DNA of 64,000 nt from Hamiltosporidium tvaerminnensis FI-OER-3-3 (taxonomy: Eukaryota > Fungi > Microsporidia): the NCBI GenBank assembly GCA_022605425.2, contig CM061251.1, forward strand, positions 682,001 to 746,000, given 5' to 3'. Each line of letters opens with the position of its first letter. Position 1 is the stretch's first letter. Below the pieces are notes generated by a model. The model searched no databases. It saw only the letters and a program-made list of their open reading frames with translations, and was not told the DNA's origin. Below are positions 46,501-59,924 of the stretch, one piece after another. The position numbers and the translations under genes are program-made.

Positions 46501-48564
46501 AAGCGGAAGCAAACATAGGCATCCAGATTCCACATGGGAAATTATATCGTGCTTAACTTTCAAACCGCGTATATTTCTTCAATCTTATAAATATAACTAT
46601 CGACTGGTATTTTTCTCAGAATGTCATAGTCTTGCAATATTATAAAACCGCGAAAAATAAGCCTCGTTTTCAAAAGAATCTTTCAGAAACAGTTTCTATG
46701 TGGTTTCAGGCTTAGGCGGTTTTACATGTGAAATTTCTTTTGAAAATGCAAATAATTAGTCAATAGCTTTTTTGAGCTTCTCGAAACGACTTGTGCTGCT
46801 AGTAAACATTCGAAAGAACCAGAAGAATATCTCTTTTTGAATCGTCGATGCTTAACGTAAAAGGTCTTCTTCAGTTGTTTTGTATACTAGATCTGGCAGT
46901 GATATTTTTGTATATTTGTGAGTTAAACTGGCTAGCAAAGCTTCGTTTCTACTATAAGTCAAATATCATTCATAAAAATTTCTTTCTGTTATAGAGAGAA
47001 GAGAGTCACCAGCGCTGGTATGCTTTTTTTTCCTTCTTAAAAATGAGCAGACGAAAATTGGCATGTAAAATGGCTAAAACTCCAAGGCTTTTTTCAGCAT
47101 CTTTCATTTTTATAAGGTTTACCTTTTCTTGATTGATGAGCATTTCCTCGTTGTATTCAGTTTAATTTTTAGAAGGCTTGATAAAGAATCACGTATAAAA
47201 GTATATTAAGTCTTAGATGTAATTTTTATCAAATCGAAAACTGTGTTAAGACCAAAAATATATTCTATACTATTTGATGAAAAAAAAAGACGTGTATGAG
47301 AAGAAGGGCGGTTGGGCAGAATTTATCAGTTCATTGAGATTAGTTTGCGCTTTAATACGAAAAAAAACAACTGCGAAAGAGAGAAGTCCAGAAAATCAAA
47401 GGACAAAGTGGCTAAAGTCTAATTATTATGATGTATTTTAGATAAAAGGCATTAAGATTATAACATCGATTACTTTCTAAATTGATTTCCATCTCATGTT
47501 TAAACTACCTATAAAATTTAATATAACGATCATCTGATTCGTGCCTAGTGAGATATTTGATGTTTATTAAAATATTGTTAATACAATTATTTGTGATTCT
47601 AATACATTAATTTATCTAAATTTTCTAATATATGCTCTATGGTGACCAGTTTAATTGTCGCATAGAGTCACATACACTGCCGATATTACTTAAATAGAAA
47701 CCCACAAGCATGTTGTATAAAAAAAATATTATTTGTGAGCAGAAAAACACATTTGGAGGGTCGGAGAAAAAAATACGTCGTGTAACACAAGAAGCCGAAT
47801 AATATGTAACGATTATACTCCGTTGAAAAAAAAATTATATTCCGAAATTTGTGATTGCGAATATTTATACCGAAATATCGAATCCTGTGTTTTGAATATA
47901 AAATTATAGAAAAATATACAATTAATAATCCAGAAGTATACTAGTATGTATAAAAGTAATGATGCGAGATATATGTGAAATTACTCGAGGCATAAAACAA
48001 ATATATTCCGAATAAATTATTCTAAGTTCATTTCTTTTTAGCTTAACTTATAACTACAAAAAATTTTCGAATTTTAAGTCTTTACTAAAAGGTTCAATTT
48101 AGTTTTATATTATATTTGATTGATCTTTTATCATGCCGTTGGAATAATCTTTAGTAATGTATTAAAGCAAGAAATTTTATCGAAATGAGTATTCGATTCT
48201 ATCACTGTTTGAAATAAATCTTTATAAGCACTATATTTGTAAATTTTAGACAAAAATTCGAAATATTTATGAAAAACATTAATTAAGAATTATAAGAACC
48301 ACAATACTTAGAACATTTGGAGGTAAAAAAAGTATTTTTTTTAAAAAAAATATACTCGCTTCATTGTAAAGCAGCTTGAACAAAATCATATTAATTGAAA
48401 GTAAATCAAGTAAGTACATATCCAAAATAAGAAAAAGATGCTTTTTTACATTGATTTCCATTAAAATATAAATGTAACAAATAAATGCAAAAAAAAAACC
48501 GAAAATCATAAAAACTTAAATTTATTGAAAAGATAAGTTTTGAGTTTACTTTTAAAGAATCAAT

Positions 48565-51426
48565 CTAAGAAGTGGATTCATTAGGAATCGAAATATTTTC
48601 ATTTTCACAACCATTCGTCGCATTGATTTTAAATGTTTTAACTATTCCAGGTTTAAAGTATGAATTTAGAATTTCAATTTCTGTTTCACTTTCATGCGCA
48701 TTTTTTTCAACATATCCAACAAAAAATAGCTTTAAATTACAGAATTGATCCAATTCTTCCCGATCAAATGACCCTTCTGGAATCACGACAGAATATAAAA
48801 AGATTTTCTTTAAGTTTGAAAACTTTTTGAGCAAGGTCATAAGTCTTATATTTGTAATTTTAAGATCTTCTTTACTGATGTATATTTCTTCCAAATAACG
48901 AGCAGATATTAAATCTAAGAATTTATATAGATCTATATCTTGGAACTCCGTATCGTATAAAAATAAATGAGTCAACCTATCTAAACATTTTAGTTCGTTT
49001 ACATCCGTTGCACTAAGTGTACAGAAACTTAAATCGAGCTTTAGCAATGTTTTTGTGCTTATAAAACACCAGGGAGAACTACGAAAATCCCAAATTGAAT
49101 CTCTTAAATATAAACTTTCTACCTTTTCGTGAAGTTGTATCTTAAATTTTTTGAAAAATGAATTTTTTACTTTTTTAAGTTTCAAGACTTTCAAATTTTC
49201 TGGTAACGAGACTTCGACTTGATTGGTTGTTCTATTAGGGTTCCCTTCAACACAAAATTCACTTAAATCTAGAACTTCTAATCCTGGAAACCAATTAACG
49301 AATAAGAAAACATTTTCAGATTTATTTTTCGATAAATTAAGTTCTTTCAGAGCACATTTAAATTCCTTTTTATCTAAATTTGAAGGTACAGTCGAAGAAA
49401 AATCAATTCCACAGTCTTCAAGTTCTAATTTAGAAAGAGATGTCATTTTACTAAATATTTTTACATTAAAATATGAATAGAACTCATTACCTGAAAGATT
49501 CAATTCTTCTAAATCTTGAATTTTCGAGATATATTCAAAGAATTCTACAGATAAAATCTTGTCAAAACACGAAATCAACTTTAGAACTTTTAATTTTTTT
49601 AAGAATTTCAAAAAATTTGGGTCTATATTTTTTTCGCCTACAATTTCAAATTTATGAAGTTTAGATGCAAATATACTTGCTTGGTCACTGAAAAGCGAAA
49701 AGATTTTCTCACTTTGGAAATTTAGAACCTGACATTCTTTAGGAGGTTTACAATTTTTTAAAACTAAAACTTCAGGAGAAATCAATTTTAAAGAATCAAA
49801 AAAATTTTCCTCGAGTATAACCGATTCGAGTACAATATTCTTTAAAGATTCATTTTTTAAAATAATTTTTCCAAGAATTCTTTCTATTTCTTTTGATGAT
49901 GTGATTTCCAGATTTGTAAGACTTTGTAAGTCGGATAAAGCATTTAAATCAAATAAATCCAATTCAACATTTTTTATTTTAAGAGTTTTTATTTCTCGAA
50001 ATGCTGGGATGATTTTCATCAAATTGAATACAGCTTGTCTGGTATCATTTTCTGGTGGAAATTCAATGTTTTTTGAGGTTGAGGCGTTTTTGATTATTTG
50101 ATGGTCATGCTCCGGATGTCTTTCTTCTATCGTTGGTTCATATTCTAAATCTGAAAGTTCTAATCCTAAAATATTTCGTTTTGTAAAGAAAAATGATAAA
50201 ATAACTATATTTTCATCGAATATACATGCATGGTTAAATCTAAAAAATGAACCTTTGATAAGACGGAAATAAAAATTGTCTGCTATTAACTTCCCCGCCA
50301 AATCACGTGTGAATACCTGAGTGGTTTTCTTTTCAACCGTAACTACACCATCGGTATACTGCAAAGAAAGGTTATAACGGGAAAGATAAGCACCCAGAGG
50401 CCAATCATAACAATATTTTTTAAGCATAAATTCATCAGCGGTATTTGTTGAATTAATACCACTCGAATCTTGTTTTGTTTCTTCAAAACCATCATTTATA
50501 TTTGCATGACCAGCTTCATCTTCAGTTTGATAACATTTTCTTAATGTGTAACCTGAAAAAAAATTTAACAAAGGTGAATTCTCGTTCGTAAAACATTCTT
50601 CACGATTTTTATAAAAAAATTTTGTTTTAAAGTAGAATTTCGTTAAAAATTCATCCAAATTCTTACTTGGCTCAGGATCGAGAAAATTCAATGTATCTAT
50701 TATCTGGCGAAAACAATTCAAAGGTATATCATAAAAAGAATCATCTTGGGAATCAGAAAGTTTAATAATATATTTAAAATTTCTGTAAACGATATATTCA
50801 TGCAAAAACACCTTTCGTTCAATTTTAAGTTTAAGATTTTTTACGATGTTCAATAACGTATTAAATCTGATTATATCTTTATGATAAGACAAATCATGAA
50901 TTTCGAGCAGAAAATGATCGTCCATTGGGATTTTTTCAGAACATTCTATCTTATTTTCATTAGAATTTATAAACTCTTGATTTGAATGAGTCGTCGCATG
51001 TTGTGGTATTTCATGGGTTCCATTACATAATCGAAAAAGATACGTGTTTTCGTCTGCCACACCATACCGATCATTTATATTTGTTACGTTCCTTTCCTCG
51101 GAATCTATTTCTGAAGCTTTCTCTTCTTTTAAAAAAATAAATTCAAATACCAGCGGTTTTTTTTCTTCTTGATCTGTATCTACATCCAATCCAGTTCCTT
51201 CCATAGATGGTCCATCAGATTTATCCTCACTTGGTTCAGAAAATACAGCAGCCATTACACCAACGTTTCTTAAATACATAGAATTATTGATTTGAAAAAT
51301 ACCCACATTCATTAAAAGAATAGAAAGTCTTAATATTGTTCCTATCATCTTCCTAGAAGTCTCTTTGTTTTGGTGTTTTATCAAACTTGTTTCTTTTTTT
51401 GAAAAATGCTTCAACCAGTTCTTCAT
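48565..51426 (-). CDS. Leucine-rich repeat protein with N-terminal signal/TM segment and acidic linker
   Basis: 953 aa with clear LRRs (LQSLTNLEI, LEELNLSGN, LSKLELEDC, LKELNLSKN, LEVLDLSEF, LLKLDLSFC). Start may be the downstream MIGTILR. Confidence 0.85.
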   Translation of the reverse strand: MKNWLKHFSKKETSLIKHQNKETSRKMIGTILRLSILLMNVGIFQINNSMYLRNVGVMAAVFSEPSEDKSDGPSMEGTGLDVDTDQEEKKPLVFEFIFLKEEKASEIDSEERNVTNINDRYGVADENTYLFRLCNGTHEIPQHATTHSNQEFINSNENKIECSEKIPMDDHFLLEIHDLSYHKDIIRFNTLLNIVKNLKLKIERKVFLHEYIVYRNFKYIIKLSDSQDDSFYDIPLNCFRQIIDTLNFLDPEPSKNLDEFLTKFYFKTKFFYKNREECFTNENSPLLNFFSGYTLRKCYQTEDEAGHANINDGFEETKQDSSGINSTNTADEFMLKKYCYDWPLGAYLSRYNLSLQYTDGVVTVEKKTTQVFTRDLAGKLIADNFYFRLIKGSFFRFNHACIFDENIVILSFFFTKRNILGLELSDLEYEPTIEERHPEHDHQIIKNASTSKNIEFPPENDTRQAVFNLMKIIPAFREIKTLKIKNVELDLFDLNALSDLQSLTNLEITSSKEIERILGKIILKNESLKNIVLESVILEENFFDSLKLISPEVLVLKNCKPPKECQVLNFQSEKIFSLFSDQASIFASKLHKFEIVGEKNIDPNFLKFLKKLKVLKLISCFDKILSVEFFEYISKIQDLEELNLSGNEFYSYFNVKIFSKMTSLSKLELEDCGIDFSSTVPSNLDKKEFKCALKELNLSKNKSENVFLFVNWFPGLEVLDLSEFCVEGNPNRTTNQVEVSLPENLKVLKLKKVKNSFFKKFKIQLHEKVESLYLRDSIWDFRSSPWCFISTKTLLKLDLSFCTLSATDVNELKCLDRLTHLFLYDTEFQDIDLYKFLDLISARYLEEIYISKEDLKITNIRLMTLLKKFSNLKKIFLYSVVIPEGSFDREELDQFCNLKLFFVGYVEKNAHESETEIEILNSYFKPGIVKTFKINATNGCENENISIPNESTS

Positions 51427-52559
51427 AATTTTTAAGTTTTTTTCACGTTTAAATACTTTTATTTTTTTTATTAATTTACTTAAAAAGGTTTGACGTAAAC
51501 TCTCAATCAGTTGACAGCAAAAAAAAAATTATTTGAATTTACTTAATTTGTTGCAATTATTTTGAAAAAAGGGAAAGATTTTATTTAACGTGGTGATTAA
51601 ATTTAGATATAAACTGTAAAAATCACTTTTGAACAAAGATCTTTTAAATTTGAGATTTTAATTTATGGTTTTTTGAAAAAAATTGATTGCTTTTCTTTTT
51701 AAATAAATCAAAAAAAAATTGATTGGTTTCTTTTTATATAAATCAAAAAAAATCAAATTTACTGTCAAAGTTGAGTTGTAAAAAATTTCTTTCGATTCTG
51801 TCAAATTTCAATATTTTTTTTTCTAGAAAGTTTTTTGAGATAAATGTCAAGTTTTTTGTAAACTGGAATATTTGTTATTGTTTTTATGAAATAAAAACAT
51901 TTATAGAGTAAAAATTTATGATTGCTCCTCAACTTAATATTATTCCAAATAAACTTGCACTCAAAAAATTTTATTTGAAAGATGTATATAACAAATTTAT
52001 CAGCTGAAATCTCTTAGTTGTTTTCAATTTCTGCAGATCTAAACCGTGATTGCACATTAAACCTTATTTTGACTTCCTGTAGCAACAGCGTACATACTTA
52101 CTATACGCTTTTAATATATTACCCGGGTAAGAGTTATTTAGCAGCTTACACGACTTTTCATATAACCGTTGCAATGACTAGTTCAACAAGTTTTTTTTAC
52201 TACTTGGTGTTCCAGGTCTTTAGAGGATTTCTATATCACACCGGTTTTAAGCTTTCTAGCCTGAGCGAATAAGCCAGTTTTTTTATATTCTTAAATACCA
52301 ATTACCCATGTTTAACTGTTGTGGATACCTAGTTATTTAAAAAAACTAAAAAATTATTTTTAGAATAATTTTCCTCAAGATATAACACTTTGCTACACCT
52401 TCGAATTCTTATAACCTGGCAAAATTTATTATGGTTTTAATATATAAGAGATGTTTAATGACGATTTTACTCAGATGGTGCCTTATCATAACAATCAGGT
52501 TGTTTTTAGCGAGTATACTCTCCTTTTATCAACAATTAGTGAAACCAAATATTTATATT

Positions 52560-52780
52560 CATGATCCTCGATACTAAAGCCCTGGCCGCTCTTGGTAATA
52601 CTGCACACTGATATTTTTCCAGTGGGTCTATTTACTTTATGGGATTTTGCAATAAAATTTTTTTAAGGGTGAATTGTGAATGGCACACCCAACTCCGCCC
52701 GGAGGACTAGTTCTTTTTAGCCGCCTCTTACAACAACGGTAAGTACTCCAAGCCAATTCTTCTTCCGGAATGTTTGGTAA
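52560..52780 (-). mobile_element. Short non-autonomous RTE-like retroposon (copy 2) with 13-bp TSD
   Basis: Aligns with 13343-13573 (e.g. TTTTAG.CGCCTCTTAC.ACAA..., TACTCCAAGCCAATTCT). AAATATTTATATT occurs at 52547-52559 and 52781-52793. Confidence 0.72.
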
Positions 52781-53399
52781 AAATATTTATATTAATTTAG
52801 ATTAATTCAAAATCATCAGAAACATTTGATTTGTCCAAAACAAGGTTCCCCATTCTTTTTTGATTGCGAGCCACGTTTACTTCTATAAAAATTTCAAGGA
52901 CTATTATCGTATTATGTTTTATTCTAACCTATGGGAAAGTATTTCTTGAATGTTTGTGTTAAATTTTTTAGTAAAATATAAAAATTTATCATGAAAACGT
53001 TCAATAAAACACAGGTGTAACTTAAAATATATTTAATAAAAACCATTTATATTGTTTTGTGGTATTTTATAAGACTTTAAGGCCAACTACTTCAAAAACC
53101 CAATAAATTTCTTCGAAGTTTATTTATGCTTTTAGAACTACTACGTTATCTGAAAAAAACTTTTTCTAAAATGAAATAAATAAAAAATATATTTCAGATT
53201 CAAATTAACAGATAAACACTTGGAATTGAGGGATAAGCTCTTTAAGAAATCAGACTCCTGTTTCAAGAAATTATTAGTGACATTTTCAAACACATCAACC
53301 CCAAATATTCAATTACGCCATACAATTTTCGTTCCTATATTTTGTTTTTTATAGTATAAAATAATAAATAAGATTTGTCTGCAAACAAAATCTTGAAAG

Positions 53400-54130
53400 C
53401 CAAATAAATTTATCTATGCAAGAATTTGCTTGAAAAATATTACATTTTTTCAAGTCGGTGGCAAGTGTTATGTTTGTTTTCATGTCATTAATGCAGTCTA
53501 AATTTGACTTAATTAAGTGCTACCCCAACACACCATCGGTACTCCATAAGATACCTATATCCCAGAGCTTTTCATTTGAAAGATGTGTATAACCAGATTA
53601 ATTAGCGAAGCAGTTGCTATGAGTTTGTTAATTTCCGGTGCACGAGTGTGATAGTAAGTCAGACCAAGACAATACAGCATTTTAACTTATCTTAAATCTA
53701 CCAAACCTAACAAACATCCAATAAGAAATATTTCAAAAACTTACAAGAGTCTACCTAGACAATGCAATGTCATACCAACAGGAATAATCTGCTATTTACG
53801 CTTTCTGTATTTAAAGGTGTTTAATTTATATCTCCCGGTCCCATAATCTTCTAACCCGAGTGAACAAGACTGAGCTTTTCTGATTTTACACGGAAATTAC
53901 CTACAACTTCAGTTGCGATTTTCGATCTAGTTACATAAAAAACTACAAACCAAATTTGTTGGAAAAGTTTCGCCATTTTGTAAACCTTTTCGCCATATAA
54001 ATCACATATAAACGAAAATATAGTATGGTTTTATTCCCATCAAAAATAACAAAGAATCTTCACATAGGTTTCAAGTACTAATTGCAAGCAGAAAGTTTTT
54101 TTTGTGATTATCCACCCTTCACTTAAAATT
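53400..54130 (-). repeat. Dispersed ~0.7-kb repeat, copy 1
   Basis: Collinear with 58980-59710 (CCTAGACA.TGCAATGTCATACCAACAGG, AGTTACATAAAAAAC, GGTTTTATTCCCA, TTATCCACCCTT). Confidence 0.8.
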
Positions 54131-55859
54131 ATCTATGATTCTAAATCATTGTATAATTTATTTATATTTTTATTTTTTTCTAGCTTTTTAAAAAAACGCA
54201 CTTAGTCTACAAAAAAATCGTAACTTTCTAGATGTAAGTAATGTTAAAAAAGTTGCAACAGGCCTTGGTTTTTGAACACCTATTCTAAAAAATAGAAACC
54301 AGTAATTTGAATTTCTGAGCTAGCATTCAATATAAAGATAGAATTTCTTTTTAAAAGAGAATAGAAATCAACCAAAAATCCGTAAAACAAAAATATAAAA
54401 TTTTTTTTTAAAAAAAATTAGGGTTTTACAACAAAATTTTACAAATTTATGAAATATACTCTCATAAAGTGGGTTAATCAAAAAATATTTATTTTGCAAA
54501 ACAATTCCAAACCTTCGGGTAATTTACTTTGTAAATCAAACGCGTAGTTGCTTTTTTTCAATTTTTTTTGTTTGCGGCCATGATTTGAAAAATAGTTGTA
54601 CCACTGCCAACATACTGCATTGGTTTTCTTCGAATATTATCGTTATTTGTTTTATTATTAGTTTCAAGGGTTACTGGTATCCAATATAGAAAATTCTGAA
54701 TGCTATAATTCTTACTATAAAAGCCTTGCATAAAATTCACTTAAATATTTTCTAGACTTTATTTAACGCTTCCAATTGTTAAGGTCTTTTTAGAGTTATT
54801 CTATTGATAAGATTATTTAGCAAGACATGGCTCTGGGAATGTAATAAAAATACACACCAAAGTTAAAATTATCAATTATATAGTATATGTGATATCAAAT
54901 GATTGTTTGTAAATGTAGGAGCAAATATTTTTTCCAAATAGAAGTTTTAATATAGAATTGTTTGTTTGCAAATTCGAATTTGCTATCAAATAAAATTCAT
55001 AAATATTCGAGTTAAGTAAAATTTATTTGTGCTGTTTTCACAGATAATTTTAGTTTTTATAATTATTTAACTTTACTCTTAAAATTTTGATTAAAACCTT
55101 GTCATTGAGTTCTAAAGTTTTACCATAAAAATTATAATATGAGGTTAAAAAAATAAAGAAGTGTTATTTAATAATTTTAAATTTTTTTACTTCTATCATG
55201 CACGGCCAAATATGCGAGTAACAGAATGGTTTAATACCATAAAAACCGAATTATTTTGTTTAGAATTTAATGCTGTTTTTCATTCTTTTATAGTGGAAAC
55301 TACATGACAATATATAATTAAATCTAAAAAGGAATAAATCAAATGTTTTCAAATATACTTTTAGCACGGCAAATTGTTTTTTAACTAACCGGTGTCTAAA
55401 ATTTTATTTGGTTTATAAAACACATTTTTTATTTTATCAAAAAATTTTGAAATTTGTTCAAAGAAAAACGAATTTATTCAAAGACTTTTACACGAATTGT
55501 TTTGAGAAAACTTACTGCCTAAGGACATATAGTTGTTAATATTTATTTAAAAGCTGCTTCTTCTCTACGGATGGAACAGAATCCATCATAAATTACAGTT
55601 TCGCCAAGTTCTGGCATTCCAAAGACAATTTTCTTTTGATTGGTAGGTTTTATCAGCCTCTACGGACTTATGGAACGAAATATAAATAGAGCATCAACCG
55701 TGGAATCGAACCCGGCTCTTCGGAAAATAATTCCGATATCCTCACATATAGTTTTTATAGTTTCATTAATTGCAAAAATCTTAGGACTTGCCTTAAAATT
55801 TGGCATTTATTTACTTAGAAATATAATTAAATTAAAAAATAGACAAAAGATATATTGAT

Positions 55860-57299
55860 TTAATCATATAAAATCGTAAGTATCATCCTAACTCCTGACA
55901 AACATAAGTCCCCCAGTAATTTTGTATGTATTTTAGCAATATTCTCATCATCAGAAGGCGTAGTATCATCAAACATCAAAACAACGTTTATAATATATTT
56001 TATGTATTCCTCATTTTCAAGAAATTTTTCAAGAAGTTGACTTTTAAATAAATCAAAAATCATTTTAAAATTCGAGCTGGCCTTATTTCCTTCTGATTTT
56101 ATCAAAATATATTTTTTCTTGCAAGCTTTAAGAAATTCTTTGATTAAATTTAATAGTTCGCTTGTAGTTTTCTTTTCTGTCTCAATCATAAAAATTTTGA
56201 TTCGATTTAAAAAAGCACTCGGTAAATTTAATATAAAGGGATGATTTAAAATCTTATCAATGTCTTTCAAGTTATCTATTGCATCATCTAAATATTTTAT
56301 AATAGAACCACTCTGATTTAAAACAGCATCTATGATTTTATCAATAAGAATCCATATAATACCTTCAAACTCTTTCGAAATCTTTTTTACATCTATTTCT
56401 TGATCTTTAACAGTTTCAAAGAAATCTTTTAGCATTTTTTTAAAGTTTTCCGAATCAGATATATATTTTGTTATTAATTGATCAATATTTGGGCGAGCTA
56501 ATGTGTCAGATACATTCTTTATTATTTCTAGTACCTCATTTTTACCAAAGGAATTGCAAGAAATAAAATTTATTGTATCAATAATGTTTTTTTTATCAAA
56601 TATATTGGCTTTTCCAAGCAAAAAAATCATGAAGTCCATAGATTCCTTCTTACTTTTAAAACTTATTTCTTCTACCTTTTTAGCCGAATCAGAACAATAA
56701 CTCATAGATACTTTTACAGAATTTTTTTTCATTTCAAACGTTTCATAAGAGCCTTCCCCATTCTTGGTGAATCCTTCTAATAAAGAAATTGTTTTGTTAA
56801 TAAAATTAAACTCAGATAAACCACCTGAAAGAAATATTCCAAGCTTAGTTAAAATAGATGGATCATAGCACTTCCAAAACTTTTTTAGGCGATCAATTGA
56901 AAACAAATACGGGAACATAACAATATTATAAATTTTTGCAACCAAGTCATCAACGTTAACACTTTCTAATATTTTCTTTTGGTTTTCTTTGTTTTTATCG
57001 AGAAAAATTTTACAGCACTTAAATAAGTCATCAAAATGTTGGTAAGAAAAGCATACACTTATATCAATAGCGTTTTGCTCTTTTATGTGTATTATGCCTA
57101 TGTTATTGTTGGTATTAACCCATTTCCTCAATCTTTTACATTGTGAGGAAGCCGTAAATTCATTGAATTCATTGAGAAGCTTTCGTTTCATTTTTATACC
57201 AAGGAAAAGTGAAAGTGACACGATCACTAGCGCAATTGAACATATGAATACTCCAATACCAAATATAATTTTATTCTTTCTTGTAAACACCATACCCAT
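55860..57299 (-). CDS. Lineage-specific N-terminally membrane-anchored alpha-helical protein (paralog A)
   Basis: TM segment IIFGIGVFICSIALVIVSLSLFLG. Full-length similarity to 59925-61400. ATG at 57299 chosen to match the paralog (MGM...). Confidence 0.8.
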   Translation of the reverse strand: MGMVFTRKNKIIFGIGVFICSIALVIVSLSLFLGIKMKRKLLNEFNEFTASSQCKRLRKWVNTNNNIGIIHIKEQNAIDISVCFSYQHFDDLFKCCKIFLDKNKENQKKILESVNVDDLVAKIYNIVMFPYLFSIDRLKKFWKCYDPSILTKLGIFLSGGLSEFNFINKTISLLEGFTKNGEGSYETFEMKKNSVKVSMSYCSDSAKKVEEISFKSKKESMDFMIFLLGKANIFDKKNIIDTINFISCNSFGKNEVLEIIKNVSDTLARPNIDQLITKYISDSENFKKMLKDFFETVKDQEIDVKKISKEFEGIIWILIDKIIDAVLNQSGSIIKYLDDAIDNLKDIDKILNHPFILNLPSAFLNRIKIFMIETEKKTTSELLNLIKEFLKACKKKYILIKSEGNKASSNFKMIFDLFKSQLLEKFLENEEYIKYIINVVLMFDDTTPSDDENIAKIHTKLLGDLCLSGVRMILTILYD

Positions 57300-58979
57300 C
57301 GTATTAAAAATGCTATTTATATTTATATAATTTACCCATTTAGGTACATTCAAACGAATTTAATTTATTTTTTTTAATATTTATTTTTATCATTAAAATA
57401 TTTTCGTTTTCGCCGATAAATTAAAAAAAATATTTAATCATTAATGTTTTATTTGACCAATTTCTTTTATATCAGAATAACATGTTTTTAATCTATAAAA
57501 TGTTTGATCGGCTGATTAAAATAAAAATGTTGTTGTAGAATATCTGGATCTATGGAATATAAGCACATAATATGGGTCTCTATTTCTATAATATTACAAA
57601 ATATTGTCTTATTCCAACCGATAAAAAATATTTTTGTTTTATTTTTATCCGGTATTATTTTTTATCTACTTAGTCAATTCAATACATTGTTAAAAAAAAC
57701 TATATATTTACATATTTTCTCAGATATTTTTATATATAATAAGGTACTTCTATAGATTAAACAAAAATATATATTTAAAAGACGAAAATAATATAGGCTA
57801 CAATTTCTATACTTCAAATACAAATTTTTCTTGCGTAATCAAAATGCGTAATTATATATTTAAAACCATAGCTATATATCTTGCATTTTGGAAAGATATA
57901 TAGAAAGTTTCTATATCCTATAAGCAATTTTATTGAATTTATTTCCACAATATTGCTTTTAATTCAATAAAATGTGGTAAATTCTATCAAAAAATTTCCA
58001 ATTCCATTTTGTCTAACTTTATCAATTGAATATTCAATAAAACGTTTTAATCAAACTAGACGTGAGCTCGTAGAATCGAACTTTCTTTTGCATTCATAAG
58101 AAAAACTTTCCAGAAATAATCTTAAACCAAATTATCTGAGCAAAGTTTCTCAACATTTTCAATGAAAATTTCTTTATATCGTCTAATATGTTTCTCGTAG
58201 GTTATTTTTAGTCTTTGATTTGCAAATTATTGCCCGCTTTGAGAAATTTACCAATAAAAACTTAAGCTTTATTAACTTGCCATATTTCTTCTTCTTTTAT
58301 ATTTACTTTCATTTCTTGCTAACTTCAGCTAGCGTTTTAATTTAGTCTTTTCTTTTTCCACCTATTTTCATTCAATTCTGTGTTTTTCTCGAAAAAATTT
58401 ATATTTGTGATTTTTGTATGAAAAAATCGTGCTTTTTAACAATATGTTGCATTGGTTATTCATTATATCAATTGTCAATTATTTTAATTAAAAATCCTTT
58501 GATTTAATCAAGTATAAAGTTCCACGAAGCTATTCAAGCAAAATTACTCTTTGGAATTATTATTGACAATTTGAATGAATTACCAGAAGCTTGTAAAAGC
58601 AGCAATCCTATCATACAATATTTTATGCAAATGTATATTCTTAGAAAAGAACGCTCAACAAAGTGATGTATTTTTTAAAAAATGAAAACGTTAGAAAAAT
58701 TAAAAAAATAAATTTATTACTTTATTCTTGATAAATAATACTATTTAGAAAAAAATTATGGAAATTTAGTATTGAAGATTTTGTTTAAAAAAATAGATTT
58801 TTTTAGTTTTTTAAGTTCAGTTCTACTCAGTATTATTGGTTAGGTAAGACTTATGGACAAATAGAAATAGACATGTCTTAATTGTGCACTCTTGTTGGTT
58901 TCTATAGTCTTTTAACCAATTAAACATTTCTAGGTGAGTCGGCGTCGTCGTCGGAACATTTCTGAATTATATAAATGCT

Positions 58980-59710
58980 TCATTCTTCATAGCATACTCC
59001 TTTATATTTAAAAATATCCCTCCTTTTAAAAAAGTAGCAAATGTTATATTTGTTTTCATGATATTAACGCATCTAGGTTTAAAAAAAACAATCAAATACC
59101 AAAAACAATTATTATTCTCTAAGATACCTATAACCCGAAGTCTTTCATCTAAAAGATGAGTAGAAGCCATTAAATAGCAAGAATATTACCATTGTTCGTT
59201 AATGTCTGTTGTAAAGAGTGTGATCGTGGGCTTAAACCCACCCGGGCTTCCTAATTCTAGCGGAATTGTCATTTACACTGGACTTATCAATAAAATAAAC
59301 TTTTATCTATATATATTTCAGAGATTTACATGGGGTCCACCTAGACAGTGCAATGTCATACCAACAGGTATAACCTACTACTTAGCTTTTCGGGCTTTAA
59401 AGAGTTTTATTTTTATATATCCTAGGCGCTAAGTCTTTAATCCGAGTGAGCAAGGCTAGGTTTCCATGCTTTTACATGGCAATTACCTACATGTTCAGCT
59501 GCGGCCTTTGATCCAGTTACATAAAAAACCCAAGTAAATTTGCAAAAAAAGTTTCTCCATTTCTTAGACCTCTCCTCCTCATAACAACTCCCATGGAACA
59601 ACCGAAGATGAAGTGTGGTTTTATTCCCACCAAAAATCCAAACAATGATCCTCACACACTCATTGCCAAACAGAAAGTTTTTTATGTGGTTATCCACCCT
59701 TTACTAATAT
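58980..59710 (-). repeat. Dispersed ~0.7-kb repeat, copy 2
   Basis: Collinear with 53400-54130 and the reverse complement of 61958-62320. Confidence 0.8.
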
Positions 59711-59924
59711 TCTTATAATATATCTTAAATCCTGATAACATAAATTCTTAATGAATTTTAATAGTTATAGCAATTTTAATTATTGTGAAGAGGATACTAA
59801 ATCTTGAAATTTTACAAATATCAAGCAATTACAAATACCTAGCGATTTTAGGAAGCTAGATTTTTCATGTTTAAAAAATAAATATAAATTACAACTTAAA
59901 TTTATAAAATTACAGAAATAAACT

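Noticed and set aside
44470-47200. Patchy GC-richer tracts resembling further RT/TE relics (also 6500-6760, 14340-14700, 52000-52545)
   Set aside because: Too decayed to assign a family or boundaries without alignment tools.
55688-55760. Second tRNA gene (GGTTCGATTCC on minus strand)
   Set aside because: The T stem is bulged, and no D arm, anticodon arm or acceptor stem could be formed.
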